A stretch of DNA of 64,000 nucleotides from Epithemia pelagica (taxonomy: Eukaryota; Protista; Bacillariophyta), in assembly GCA_946965045.2 (NCBI GenBank), contig OX337239.1:2852001-2916000 (forward strand), in the 5' to 3' direction. Shown here in pieces: positions 21,601 through 34,438 of the stretch. Within the stretch, counting starts at the first letter, position 1. The number at the start of each line of letters is the position of its first letter. The notes beneath the pieces were generated by a model, which was given only the letters and a program-made list of their open reading frames with translations, was not told the origin of the DNA and did no database searches. The translations under genes and the position numbers were made by a program.

Positions 21601-24600
21601 GGGGGTATGGTCGATTGCAAGTCCTTCTACCGCCAAACCACATGTTCAGAGCCTATATCATCCATGGCTATTGTACACCCGAGGTCTCTACCCGAAATTG
21701 GAGCTTTTGGAGCTATGGAAAAGTGTCTTTGGTTCTTGTTTATGAAATTTGGTGACAACAACAATGCCATGGGGGTATGGTCGATTGCAAGTACTTCTAC
21801 CGCCAAATCACAAGTTCAGAGCCTATATCATCCATGGCCATGGTCCCCCAAGGTCTCTATCGAAAGTTGGAGCTTTTGGAGCTATGGAAAAGTGTCTTTG
21901 GTGTATGTCCATGAAATTTGGTGACAACGACAATGCCATGGGGGTATGGTTGATTGCAAGTCCTCCTACCGCCAAACCACAAGTTCAGAGCCTATATCAT
22001 CCATGGCTATGGTCCCCCCGAGGTCTCTACCGAAATTGGGAGCTTGTCCATGAAATTTGGTGACAACGACAACGCCATGGGGGTATGGTCGTTTGCAAGT
22101 CCCTCTACCGCCAAACCACAAGTTCAGAGCCTATATCATCCATGGCTATGGTCCCCCCGAGGTCTCTACCAAAATTGGGAGCTTTTGTAGCTATGGAAAA
22201 GTGTCTTTGGTTCTTTTCTATGAAATTTGGTGACCATGACAACGCCATGGGGGTATCGTCGATTGCAAGTCCTTGTACCACCAAACCACATGTTGAGAGC
22301 CTATATCATGCATGGCAATTGTACCCCCGAGGTCTCTACCGAAATTGGGAGCTTGTCCATGAAATTTGGTGACAAAGACACCGCCATGGGGGTATGGTGG
22401 TTTGCAAGTCCTTCTACCGCCAAATCACAAGTTGAGAGCCTATATCATCCATGGCTATGGTCCCCCCGAGGTCTCTATCGAAAGTTGGAGCGTTTGGAGC
22501 TATAGAAAAATGTCTTTGGTCCATATCCATGAAATTTGGTGACAACGACAACGCCATAGGGGTATCGTCGATTGCAAGTCCTTCTACCACCAAACCACAA
22601 GTTCAGAGCCTATATCATCCATGGCAATTGTACCCCCGAGGTCTCCACCGAAATTTGAAGCGTTTGGAGCTATGGATAGGTGTCTTTGGTCCATGTCCAT
22701 GAAATTTGGTGACAAGGACAACACCATAGGGGTATGGTCGATGGCAAGTCCTTCTACTGCCAAACCACAAGTTCAGAGCCTGTATCATCCATGGCTATTG
22801 TACCCCCGAGGTCTCTACCGAAATTTAGAGCGTTTGGAGCTATGGAAAAATGTCTTTGGTCCATATCCATGAAATTTGGTGACGACGACAATGCCATGGA
22901 GGTATCGTCGATTGCAAGTCGATATCATCCATGGCTATTGTCCCCCCGAGGTCTTCACCCAAAATTGGAGCTTTTGGAGCTATGGAAAAGTGTCTTTGGT
23001 CCATGTCCGTGAAATTTGGTGACAACGACAACGCCATGGGGGTATGGTCGATTGCAAGTCCTTCTACCGCAAAATCACAAGTTCAGAGCCAATATCATCC
23101 ATGGCTATGGTCCCGCCAAGGTCTCCATCGAAAGTTGGAGCGTTTGGAGTTATGGAAAAGTGTCTTTGGTGTATGTCAATGAAATTTGGTCACAAGGACA
23201 ACGCCATGGGGGTATCGTCGATTACAAGTCCTTCTACCACCAAACCACAAGTTCAGAGCCTATATCATCCATGGCTATTGTACCCCCGAGGTCTCTACCA
23301 AAATTTGGAGCTTGTCCATGAAATTTGGTTACAACGACAACGCCATGGGGGTATGGTCGATTGCAAGTCCTTTTACCGCCAAATCACAAGTTCAGAGCCT
23401 ATATCATCCATGACTATGGTCCCCCCGAGGTCTCTACCGAAATTGGGAGCGTTTGGAGCTATGGAGAAGTGTCTTTGGTTCTTGTCTATGAAATTTGGTG
23501 ACAATGACAACGCCATGGGTTATGGTCGATTGCAAGTCCTTCTACCACCAAACCACAAGTTCAGAGCCTATAGCATCCATGGCTATGGTCCCCCCAAGGT
23601 CTCTACCGAAATTCGGAGCTTTTGGAGCTATTGAAAAATGTCTTTGGTTCTTGTCCATGATATTTGGTGACAACGACAACGCCATGGGGGTATGGTCAAT
23701 TGCAAGTTCTTCTACCGCCAAGTCACAAGTTCAGAGCCTATGCATCCATGGCTATGGTCTCCCCGGGGTCTCTACCCAAAATTGGAGCTTTTGGAGAAAT
23801 GGAAAAGTGTCTTTGGTCTATATCCATGAAATTTGGTGACAACCACAACGCCATGGGGGTATGGTCGATTGCAAGTCCTTCTACCGTCCAACCACAAGTT
23901 CAGAGCTTATATCATCCATGGCTATGGTACCCCCGAGGTCGCTACCGAAAGTTGGAGCTTTTGGAGCTATGGAAAAGTGTCTTTGGTCCATATCCATGAA
24001 ATTTGGTGACGACAACGGCATGGGGTTATCGTCGATTGCAAGTCTATATCATCCATGGCTATGGTCCCCCCAAGGTCCATACCCAAAATTGGAGCTTTTG
24101 GAGCTATGAAAAAGTGTCGTTGGTCCATGTCCATGAAATTTGGTGACAACGACAACGCTATGGGGGTATCGTCGATTGCAAGTCCTCCTACCGCCAAACC
24201 ACAAGTTCAGAGCCTATATCATCCATGGCTATGGTCCCCCCGAGGTCTCTACCAATATTTGGAGCTTTTGGAGCTATGGAAAAGTGTCTTTGGTGTATCT
24301 CCATGAAATTTGATGACAATGACAACGCCATGGGGGTATGGTCGATTGCAAGTCCTTCTACCGCCCAACCACAAGCTCAGAGCCTACATCATCCATGGCT
24401 ATGGTCCCCCCAAGGTCTCTATCGAACTTTGGAGCTTTTGGAGCTATGGAAAAGTGTCTTTGGTCTTTGTCCATGAAATTTGGTGACAACGACAACGCCA
24501 TGGGGGTATGGTCGATTGCAAGTCCTTCTACCGCCAAATCACAAGTTCAGAGCCTATATCATCCATGGCTATGGTCCCCCCAATGTCTCTATCGAAATTG

Positions 24601-27230
24601 TGAGCTTTTGGAGCTATGGAAAAGTGTCTTTGGTCCATATCCATGAAACTTGGTGACAACGACAACGCCATAGGGGTATGGTCAATTGCAAGTCCTTCTA
24701 CCGCCAAATCACAAGTTCAGAGTCTATATCATCAATGGCTTTGGTCCCCCCGTGGTCTCTATCGAAAGTTGGAGCTTTTGGAGCTATGGAAAAGTGTCTT
24801 TGGTCTTTGTCCATGAAATTTGGTGACAACGACAACGCCATGGGGGTATGGTCGATTGCAATCCTTCTACCGCCAAATCACAAGTTCAGAGCCTACATCA
24901 TCCATGGCTATGTTCCCCCAAGGTCTCTATCGAACTTTGGAGCTTTTGGAGCTATGGAAAAGTGTCTTTGGTCTTTGTCCATGAAATTTGGTGACAACGA
25001 CAACGCCATGGGGGTATGGTCGATTGCAAGTTCTTCTACTGCCGAACCACAAGTTCAGAGCCTATATCATCCATGGGTATGGTCCCCCCAAGGTCGCTAT
25101 CGAACTTTGGAGCTTTTGGAGCTATGGAAAAGTGTCTTTGGTCCATATCCATGAAATTTGGTGACAACGACAACGCCATAGGGGTATCGTCGATTGCAAG
25201 TCCTTCTACCGTCAAACCACAAGTTCAGAGCCTATAGCATCCATGGCAATTGTACCCCCGAGGTCTCTACCGAAATTTGGAGCGTTTGTAGCTATGGAAA
25301 AATGTCTTTGGTCCATATCCATGAAATTTGGTGACAACGACAACGCCATGGGGGTATCGTCGAATGCAAGTCCTTCTACCGCCAAAACACAAGTTCAGAG
25401 CCTATAGCATCCATGGCTATGGTCCCCCCGAGGTCTCTACCGAAATTTGGAGCGTTTGGAGCTATGGAAAAGTGTCTTTGGTCCATATCCATGAAATTTG
25501 GTGACAACTACAACGCCATGGGGGTATCGTCGATTGCAAGTCTATATCATCCATGGCTATGGTCCCCCCGAGGTCAGTACCCAAAATTGGAGCTTTTGGA
25601 GCTATGGAAAAGTGTCTTTGGTCTATATCCATGAAATTTGGTGACAACGAAAACGCCATGGGGGTATCGTCGATTGCAAGTCCTTCTACCGTCCAACCAC
25701 AAGTTCAGAGCCTATATCATCCATGGCTATGGTCCCCCCGAGGTCTCTACCGAAATTGGGAGCTTTTGAAGCTATGGAAAAGTGTCTTTGGTCCATATCC
25801 ATGAAACTTGGTGACAACGACAACGCCATGGGGGTATAATCAATTGCAAGTCCTTCTACCGCCAAATCACAAGTTCAGAGCCTATATCATCCATGGCTAT
25901 GGTCCCCCCGAGGTCCCTACCGAAAGTTGGAGCTTTTGGTTCTATAGCAAAGTGTCTTTGGTCCATATCCATGAAATTTGGTGACAACGACAACGCCATA
26001 GGGGTATGGTTGATTGCAAGTTCTTCTACCGCCAAACCACAAGTTCAGAGCCTATATCATCCATGGCTATGGTCCCCCCAAGGTCTCTATCGAACTTTGG
26101 AGCTTTTGGAGCTATGGAAAAGTGTCTTTGGTGTATGTCCATGAAATTTTGTGACAACGACAACGCCATAGGGGTATGGTCGATTGCAAGTTCTTCTACT
26201 GCCGAACCACAAGTTCAGAGCCTATATCATCCATGGGTATGGTCCCCCCAAGGTCGCTATCGAACTTTGGAGCTTTTGGAGCTATGGAAAAGTGTCTTTG
26301 GTCCATATCCATGAAATTTGGTGACAACGACAACGCCATAGGGGTATCGTCGATTGCAAGTCCTTCTTCCGTCAAACCACAAGTTCAGAGCCTATAGCAT
26401 CCATGGCAATTGTACCCCCGAGGTCTCTACCGAAATTTGGAGCGTTTGTAGCTATGGAAAAATGTCTTTGGTCCATATCCATGAAATTTGGTGACAACGA
26501 CAACGCCATGGGGGTATCGTCGAATGCAAGTCCTTCTACCGCCAAAACACAAGTTCAGAGCCTATAGCATCCATGGCTATGGTCCCCCCGAGGTCTCTAC
26601 CGAAATTTGGAGCGTTTGGAGCTATGGAAAAGTGTCTTTGGTCCATATCCATGAAATTTGGTGACAACTACAACGCCATGGGGGTATCGTCGATTGCAAG
26701 TCTATATCATCCATGGCTATGGTCCCCCCGAGGTCAGTACCCAAAATTGGAGCTTTTGGAGCTATGGAAAAGTGTCTTTGGTCTATATCCATGAAATTTG
26801 GTGACAACGAAAACGCCATGGGGGTATCGTCGATTGCAAGTCCTTCTACCGCCAAATCACAAGTTCAGAGCCTATATCATCCATGGCTATGGTCCCCCCG
26901 AGGTCTATACCGAAATTTGGAGCGTTTGGAGCTATGGAAAAGTGTCTTTGGTGTATGTCCATGAAATTTGGTGACAACGACAACTCCATAGGGGTATGGT
27001 CGATGGCAAGTCCTTCTACTGCCAAATCACTAGTTGAGAGCCTATATCATCCATGGCTATTGTACCCCCGAGGTCTCTACCAAAAGTTGGAGCTTTTGGA
27101 GTTATGGAAAAGTGTCTTTGGTCCATGTCCATGAAATTTGGTGACAACGACAACGCCATAGGGGTATGGTCGATTGCAAGTCCTACTACTGCCAAACCAC
27201 AAGTTCAGAGCCTATATCATCCATGGCTTT
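15672..27230 (+). repeat. Satellite DNA array, 170-bp monomer with 139/140-bp deletion variants, roughly 70 units
   Basis: TGAAATTTGG at 15841, 16011 and 16181 (170-bp period); 139-bp step 16521 to 16660; usually two CCATGG sites per unit; no long ORF in any frame. Confidence 0.98.
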
Positions 27231-28103
27231 TTTTTATGAACGACGCAACTACAAAGACAAAATTAGGAACTGTTTGTAACCATTGGGCTAGTACAGTATT
27301 AGTTCTCATCCTCCGAAGATGACTTTCCTCATCGCGTTCGGCCTTGTTATTCTTTGCCGAAATGTCGTCCATTGGAGCTCCACTGTTTTGAAATCCAATA
27401 AATTTGCCATTTGGGCCAGGTTAAAGTTTATGGATCATCAATTCAATACAACTCGGGATACGAACCCTGTTCCAATGACCAAGCGATACAAGAAATGACA
27501 GTCTCTTATGTCTCTTATGGATTGCAAAACGGATCAGAACAAATGACATTCTAGCGTCACCAATCCATATGCAAAATCAAAACGAAAATCAGTGCCGGTG
27601 GTATCAAATTGAAATGACATAATGATGTTCGGTGCGGGTTCCAAAATAAGAAGATTGATTTTTAAGATCGTAAAATCCCAATCGTATCCGATTCTCCCCC
27701 AGTCAAAGGCATGGGTAGATCGTTTAGAGAAGATTTACACGAAGAAGTGATCAAGTGCACAGAGTTTGGTTTAGGAACATCCATGTGCCTTGAGTAAATA
27801 CAGTACCAATTGAGAATACAGATGATTGTTGGCTTCAGTTTGGAACAAACGTAAACTGTATGGAGAAGTGTTATGGCTGTGCAATTCCATTTGGGGGCTG
27901 TGATAATCACTGTGATGAAAACAAATGCAGAGAACCGTTGTATACATACTGTCTGATCAATAAAGATGTTGCTACAATCACCGAAATGAACTTGCCTCTC
28001 GTTTGTAAGTGCTGCCTGCCACCACTGTCTTGATAAAAGCCATGTCCACCTCTCCAGTTATGATGGTGTTGTCGATCAGGACTCCAGTACCTTCCTTGTT
28101 AGG

Positions 28104-28261
28104 ATTAAGACAACCACGACCTTTACCATGGTTTCGTGGACCCCAATATCCGTGTCTTCCATTGACATTTGATGAATAAGGTATTAAGACGACCACGACC
28201 TTTACCATGGTTTCGTGGACCCCAATATCCGTGTCTTCCATTCACATTTGATGAATAAGGT
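28104..28261. repeat. 79-bp tandem duplication
   Basis: ATTAAGAC.ACCACGACCTTTACCATGG...GATGAATAAGG at 28104 and 28183. Confidence 0.85.
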
Positions 28262-28812
28262 CCATTCACATTCGAGAATTGTCAAAGAACCATAGCGCTA
28301 TTTTGTGATACATGCGATGGATCAACAGGTTGGGATTGGGGTGATCCAACAGGTACTCCATCAGTAGTAGGTTCAACAACTCGAGAAATGGCAGTATTCG
28401 TATCACATTCCTCAATATGTCCCGATGCAGGAGTGTGTTCATCAACAAATTTTGTGTCAAAAGACGAACCTCAGAAGTTGGTGATTGCTCATTGTCATGA
28501 GCATGGGGGGTTGAATTTTTTCACTCTTGTATCCATCTAAGGGCGTCATTACGCGCCCTCAAAACGCACCCCCCAAATGTGGCCTTGCCACACGCCTTTT
28601 TGGGGTTTCCATGTTTTTTATACGGATTCGCCTATTTCCGCGTGCCCCGCCCCTACATATGTGCATGCAAAACCACACGAGGGCGCGTGAGCACACATAT
28701 CAATGTGCCATCCATGCACCCCGCCTCTCCCTATCGACCCACCAGTACCCAATGCCAAGTACCAAGAATATTGGAACAAGCCACCATTACCACCAACTAC
28801 AGGCACCAAGCA

Positions 28813-29012
28813 NNNNNNNNNNNNNNNNNNNNNNNNNNNNNNNNNNNNNNNNNNNNNNNNNNNNNNNNNNNNNNNNNNNNNNNNNNNNNNNNNNNNNNNN
28901 NNNNNNNNNNNNNNNNNNNNNNNNNNNNNNNNNNNNNNNNNNNNNNNNNNNNNNNNNNNNNNNNNNNNNNNNNNNNNNNNNNNNNNNNNNNNNNNNNNNN
29001 NNNNNNNNNNNN
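28813..29012. other. Assembly gap (200 N)
   Basis: Run of N; true size unknown. Confidence 1.
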
Positions 29013-29076
29013 AAAACCAGCGCAAAGCACATCAATGACTCTCACACGCTCCAAACCACCAACGGAACCAATTCAA

Positions 29077-30320
29077 CTAAACTAAAGATTCTATTGAATA
29101 GAGACGGCGTCTTCGCCGAGGCTGCTGCTCCGGTTCCTCCTGTTCCCTCTCATGAAGCCCCATCCTTGTCTGGTGCTGCAGTGCTAGATACTCCATGAAG
29201 GCATCCTGTCGAGCTTCTCGATCAGCCGTCACCATCTCTTGCAAATCTTCAAGACGATCAAGACCGTCTTTATTCATACCACGGCTCTTTTTATTTTGAC
29301 AACTGGAATACCTGTATCTTTCCACCTCAGATGTATCAATTGCTTCATTGATCTGGTTGTCTTGACACCAGGCAGGGTCTTTCTCATATAGCAGTTGTTT
29401 GAATGCTTGCCTTCCTTTCAAAGTCCACGCATCCCATGAATCTTCAAGCACTAGGAGGATAAAGGCTTCATCACTTGTAGTAAACTGACTCATTGCTTTT
29501 TTCCGTATTTCTTTCGTTTCTTCTGGAGACCTATCTGAAACATCTGGATTGATGATATCTCTCACCATATCATCCCCATAAACAGAAACTCCGAACACTT
29601 CAAACATGAAAACATAGGCATCATTTTGACCATTGACTCCTCTGAACTGTAATATATCTTCAAGAGAAGGCATTGGACCAAGGTTTTCATCATCGACTAA
29701 CAGCATAGGAAATCTATGCAGAACAATCCCATCACCATGAGTTTTCCATAGATTCAACAAAAAGTGTTCTACAACAGAAGAAATGATATATGGTTCCTTT
29801 GTTAGAGTCAAATATTCCACAACAACAGCCACAAACGAAGTGTCAACTTCGTCAGAAACCTGTTTCTTAAGGATTGGAGAGCATTGGATCTCTTTCTCCT
29901 AAAGTCCACTCCCAAATGAGGCGAATACCTTACCCACCAGTCTTCTTTTTGCTGGTCACTCGTGTAGTTCTCCCGCTCAAAATATGCCTTGAAGTACTCT
30001 TTCCCAACTTTCCATAGCCCGGCTTCCTCACCCTGCTCAACAGTGATGACACAATCATCATGGACCGAGAAATATTTCACATACCTCCAACCAACTTCCG
30101 ACACAAAATTTTTGAACTCCGCCGTTTGACAAGGTTTCGGCAGTTCCTTCTTCTTCTTCTTTTCTTTCTTCTTCGTAGTACAACTCTTGATAGCATTGGC
30201 ACCAGAGCTCTGACCCCCATTGGTAACCCCAGAGATTTGATCACTCTTACCACTACCAGAGATAGATGATGACACCATCGAACTACTACCGCCTCCTGCC
30301 TCCATGGCTATAGCAGACAA
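29077..30320 (-). CDS. Hypothetical protein divergent from the Plavaka transposase (two ORFs joined by a frameshift or intron); putative accessory gene
   Basis: ORFs 29808-30320 and 29077-29832 overlap; protein-like blocks DFRRKRSNALQSLRNRF, PSLEDILQFR, FTTSDEAFILLVLEDSWDAW; degenerate low-complexity coding may extend to about 31330. Confidence 0.55.
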
Positions 30321-31773
30321 GGACGACCAAGAAAGATCAGAAAGTGAGGAAATATCATCAAAACCTATCCCACATCAACCCAGATTAGAGTTCCACTCCA
30401 CTTGGTCTCCGAAAGAAAATCAACAAACATTCACTTACAAACACGTGCAGCAACTGGAGGTACATTGGAAAAAAAAACCACCGCTTCCACCGGCAGTAAC
30501 AGCAGCCGCGGCTACCTCCATAATACCTTCTGCCTCTGGTCCCGACATTACATTCAGTCCATAATCATTATGATTGCCATCCTGCATTGTCTGTTGTTGG
30601 AGCTGTTGAATATTACCAGGTGGGGGTATCATTGGAGCATGTGGATACGTGCCAACAGCCATTAGAGGATATTGCTGCTGCGTAACATAGCCATTTGTTT
30701 ACTGTGGGAAATGATTTTGTTGTTGAGGAACAGGAGGTTGCTGGGAAGTGAAATGGGGGTTCATCTACTGTTGTTGTTGCTGCGGTACAAAAGAAGAATA
30801 CGAGTTTGGTTGATGAGGATAAGGATTGGCATTCGGAATCTGTTGATACGGAGGTGACGGAGCAACTGATACTCCATTAGTATCATAGCAAACTTGATGT
30901 TGACCAACAGTCGGATTTGCTTGGTGTGTGATACTGGCTTGATTGTATCCAGAATGATGTGATCCAGTTGGAGCTTGAGTACATAACCCCAATGTTGTTC
31001 CGGTACCATTGGTGCTACTACCAGTTGTTGTAGTACAATTTTGGATGTCAACAGACGAGGACATACCTCCCTGATCTTGAAACAGTACCTGACTTTTATC
31101 ACCGGCAGTACTGGAACTCTTCGACCTAATGTCCTCCTCTCTTTGTTAATGCCTCACATCTACTTCAGCAGCACTCTTGGAGATTTCATCATTGTCTTCG
31201 CTTTCTTCGTCGGTGCTTTCTCCAAGTCCTTTTCCACCTGACAATCCTCTAAAAACAGCATTACCCTTTCGGTGGTTTTCCTTGTCTTGTTCTTAATCTT
31301 TTCCATCTCTTATTCTATCCTCGGCGGTGGCATTCCTGCTTGTCTTTGTGGCGTTTGCTCGGGGAGGTTGCACCATAACAGTGTTGGGCCTGTAACAATA
31401 TGAATGCTTGTTGTGAGAAAACGACGACGACATCGTCAAGAATGCTAGTGGTCAACAACGTCATACGAAGCGATATCTGGGACACAACCTTCGGTCAGCG
31501 AGAGAGATGCTCTTGAAACAATACCATGAAATGAGAACACAATCATGCCAACAATGCCATAACAACTATCCAAACCAGTAACAGGTCGTCCAAGCCCCCC
31601 CCCCCCCCTCATCTTCAGTTTCAAACGGTGGATGTTTGCCCGCCAAGCACGCCAGCATCCACGTACAGTTCCACTTACTCATCCACTCCATAGTACACAC
31701 GCGTCAGTCAAAAATTAAATAACAACCCAAAAGGGCATAAACATATCCACCAACAACCAATGAAAAAGCGAGC

Positions 31774-33655
31774 GTGGCGAGGTGCAAAAAAACCCGATCG
31801 CCACCAATCATCACACCCAAGAAATTTGTCATGTACAGTACTCCAAAAAATTTTCATGAGACTTGTCAAGTGAAAATGGGACGTCCGTGTAAACCAAAAT
31901 ACCTGAGAACTGGTCGTCATGGGGAAAACAATGGCAGCCATATACCAAATTCCATATTCTCCTACCACAAGAATTGTAGATACTGTGGTGTATCTTTCCA
32001 TATCTGTGGTATCGTTCAATATGAGAAAGTGTGTAGTGAGGAGGCGAGAGAAGAGATGAGAAATTCGAAAGAGAGTCCTCCTCTACTTGATCCTACATCA
32101 ACGGAGTCGGGTGTTCTTAGTACTTCATCTCTCATGTGTCAAGAAACCAATCTTGCAGAGGAGGATAGAGAGTCCATCTCGTCACAGAAAAACGACGGCC
32201 ATGATAATTTCAATGACGACGTCGAAGGACAATCGATTGTCGTTGATCAACAACAACATAGAGAACAAGAATGTTTCACGAATGAACACCAACATCATGC
32301 GAACATTGTTCGTTACTTGTTGTCATCTAACGACGAAGAAACAGACACCGAACAAGATGATGACACCAATTTGTCAAACGGACAAGAATATTCACCGGAT
32401 AAAGACCAACAACGGGAAGATACTGATCCTCAAAATAATAGATCCAAGGAAAACCTTGTCCCCAATGAAAACTCCAAAGAAAATCCTCTTGACTTTCCAT
32501 TGTACCTCCAAGACAATGGCATCCGGTTCTCCAACGACGACAGGGCCTTATTAAGACTGGCTGTACTTCTTTGAAACGCAGGATGTCCCAAATTCATGTT
32601 TGATGCTATCCTTGCGTGGTTAGAATACACAAAAGAGTGTTGTGGTACTGAATTTTTCAACAAGAAACATCCAAGGAGAAAGACATTCATGACAAAATTT
32701 GAAAAGAGAGGCTTCAACTTCCCTAAACCAAAAATTGTCACTGTACCAATGGAAATCACAACAAAGAAGGACATCATTGTTCCAGAAAGTGAGAAATCTG
32801 TTGATACAGTGGTATTTGATTTCATACATCAACTCAGGCGTGTCTTACAAGACCCTGAAGCAACCAGCACAGAGAATACCATATTACACAACGACGATCC
32901 GTACCGACCTTATATACCAAATGAGTACCTTGAAAACATCCAAGATGGCCATATTTTCCAACGGACGGTTCAGAAATACAGGAAAGACAAAGACGCTTTC
33001 GTTGTTGGTCTGTTATCATACATGGATAAATGCAGAATGGATAAATGCAGAACCTGTTGTCATGGTACCTTCTTTTTTAACCATGTCAGAAATGCGCAAA
33101 CCAAATCGACAGATCATATTGGGTTTAATCACAGACATGGAACGCAAATCTTCTGCTGCGAAGTATGTTCATGATAGAGGATCACCATGTCTTAATTACC
33201 ATGCACAGCTTTCATTAATACATGATGGCCTCTTGAGGATACAGAAGCGTGGTGGCCTGTGGATGCGGTTACGCATTCATGGCATTAAAAAGGTTGTGAA
33301 ATTAATACTTCCTGTACTCATGATTAAGGGAGATGCAAAGTCACAAGATAATATTGCCGGGAGATATGCGTCACATCACCCAAGTGTAGGCCGGCTTGTC
33401 TGGCAATGTGATTGTACTCCTCGGGAAGCCAGATATCCATGGACAAAATGTAACTATCTCTTCAAAGATCCCATTCATTTGAAGAGTCTCCGTGCACTGG
33501 GACTAGATAAGGAAGGTAATAAAGAAGGTAACTCCTCCCAAGTCAGTTCCGGTCAAGAACAGTCCCCCACCCACAATACTCCAATACCATCTACTAGACA
33601 AGACCAAGGAGAGCCACCAGAACAAGGAGCACATGATCCTTGGAGAGAACCGGTG
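31774..33655 (+). pseudogene. Plavaka-type transposase, 5' part
   Basis: VVFDFIHQLRRVL, IQDGHIF, YMDK, EPVVMVPSF, LMIKGDAKSQDNIAGR, VWQCDC; stop at 32572-32574, frameshift near 33030; ends at TSD CGGTG. Confidence 0.8.
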
Positions 33656-34438
33656 TGTTACAATTCTTTCTGAATCGTAGGGACATTGATGCTCGGTAGA
33701 GCAGACAATCAGGTAGGTCACCAACCGATACAAGCTTCTCAGGGTCAGAGAAGCAAGCAAGTCGAAGTCTATCAGAAGGATAGTCGGGACACAAAAGAGG
33801 ATGTGATAAATGGTGATATTGTTAGATTGTGTGTTGATTACTACGATAGGTCTACGTGAAATGTTCGGTCCTGCCAAGGGTCATGTGTCATAGGTTCTTG
33901 GCGGCAACAGGTTTGGAATAGTTGGAGTCGATTCATGTGATGTATATGACATGTATATGTGGGCGGATAACATATACAGGATCAACAGCTCTTGCTTTGG
34001 GTTGGCATAGTTGTTTTCATGGCGCGCAGCTTGTTGACAATTTGGAGATTGTGGGAATGGAAATATGGTCTCGCGTGATCGTGTATCGTGCTTGGGATAC
34101 TTAGACCGTTGGATCGGATAGATGCCGATAGCGCTCGGATGTCGCTTGGGCGCGCTCGATGATTTCGGGCGCGTACGCTTAGGGCGTTAGTATAATGTCC
34201 GAGCAACGGCCAAATTTATGTCCGTTGTAATACCGCACGACCCAGTTTAGTCTTGAGAGTGAGTTCGTCAATCTATTCTCACTTTTCATGATTTGCGAAG
34301 AAATATAGGTCGAGATAGCGCGAAGCTAGGGAACATAGCTCGAAGCTAGATGGCATGATGCGATAGCACGAGGCTATGTGACATGGGGAATCGATGAGAT
34401 GTAGAATCTAACCACCATAGACGGTGAGAATTCTAACA
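33656..34438 (-). repeat. 3' LTR, family B (783 bp)
   Basis: TGTTA...TAACA termini; preceded on the minus strand by PPT GTGGGGAG. Confidence 0.97.

Noticed and set aside
15672-27230. Satellite as a CRISPR array or a repeat-protein gene
   Set aside because: Whole 170-bp units repeat with no unique spacers and no cas genes. 170 is not a multiple of 3, and the many short ORFs are frame-cycling artefacts.
28527-29198. Long ORFs across 28.5-29.2 kb
   Set aside because: Artefacts of translating the 200-N gap.
33503-34206. Short ORFs inside family B LTRs (repeated at 41.2-41.8 kb and 45.2-45.8 kb)
   Set aside because: They recur only because the LTRs are repeated; 60-75 aa, no motifs.
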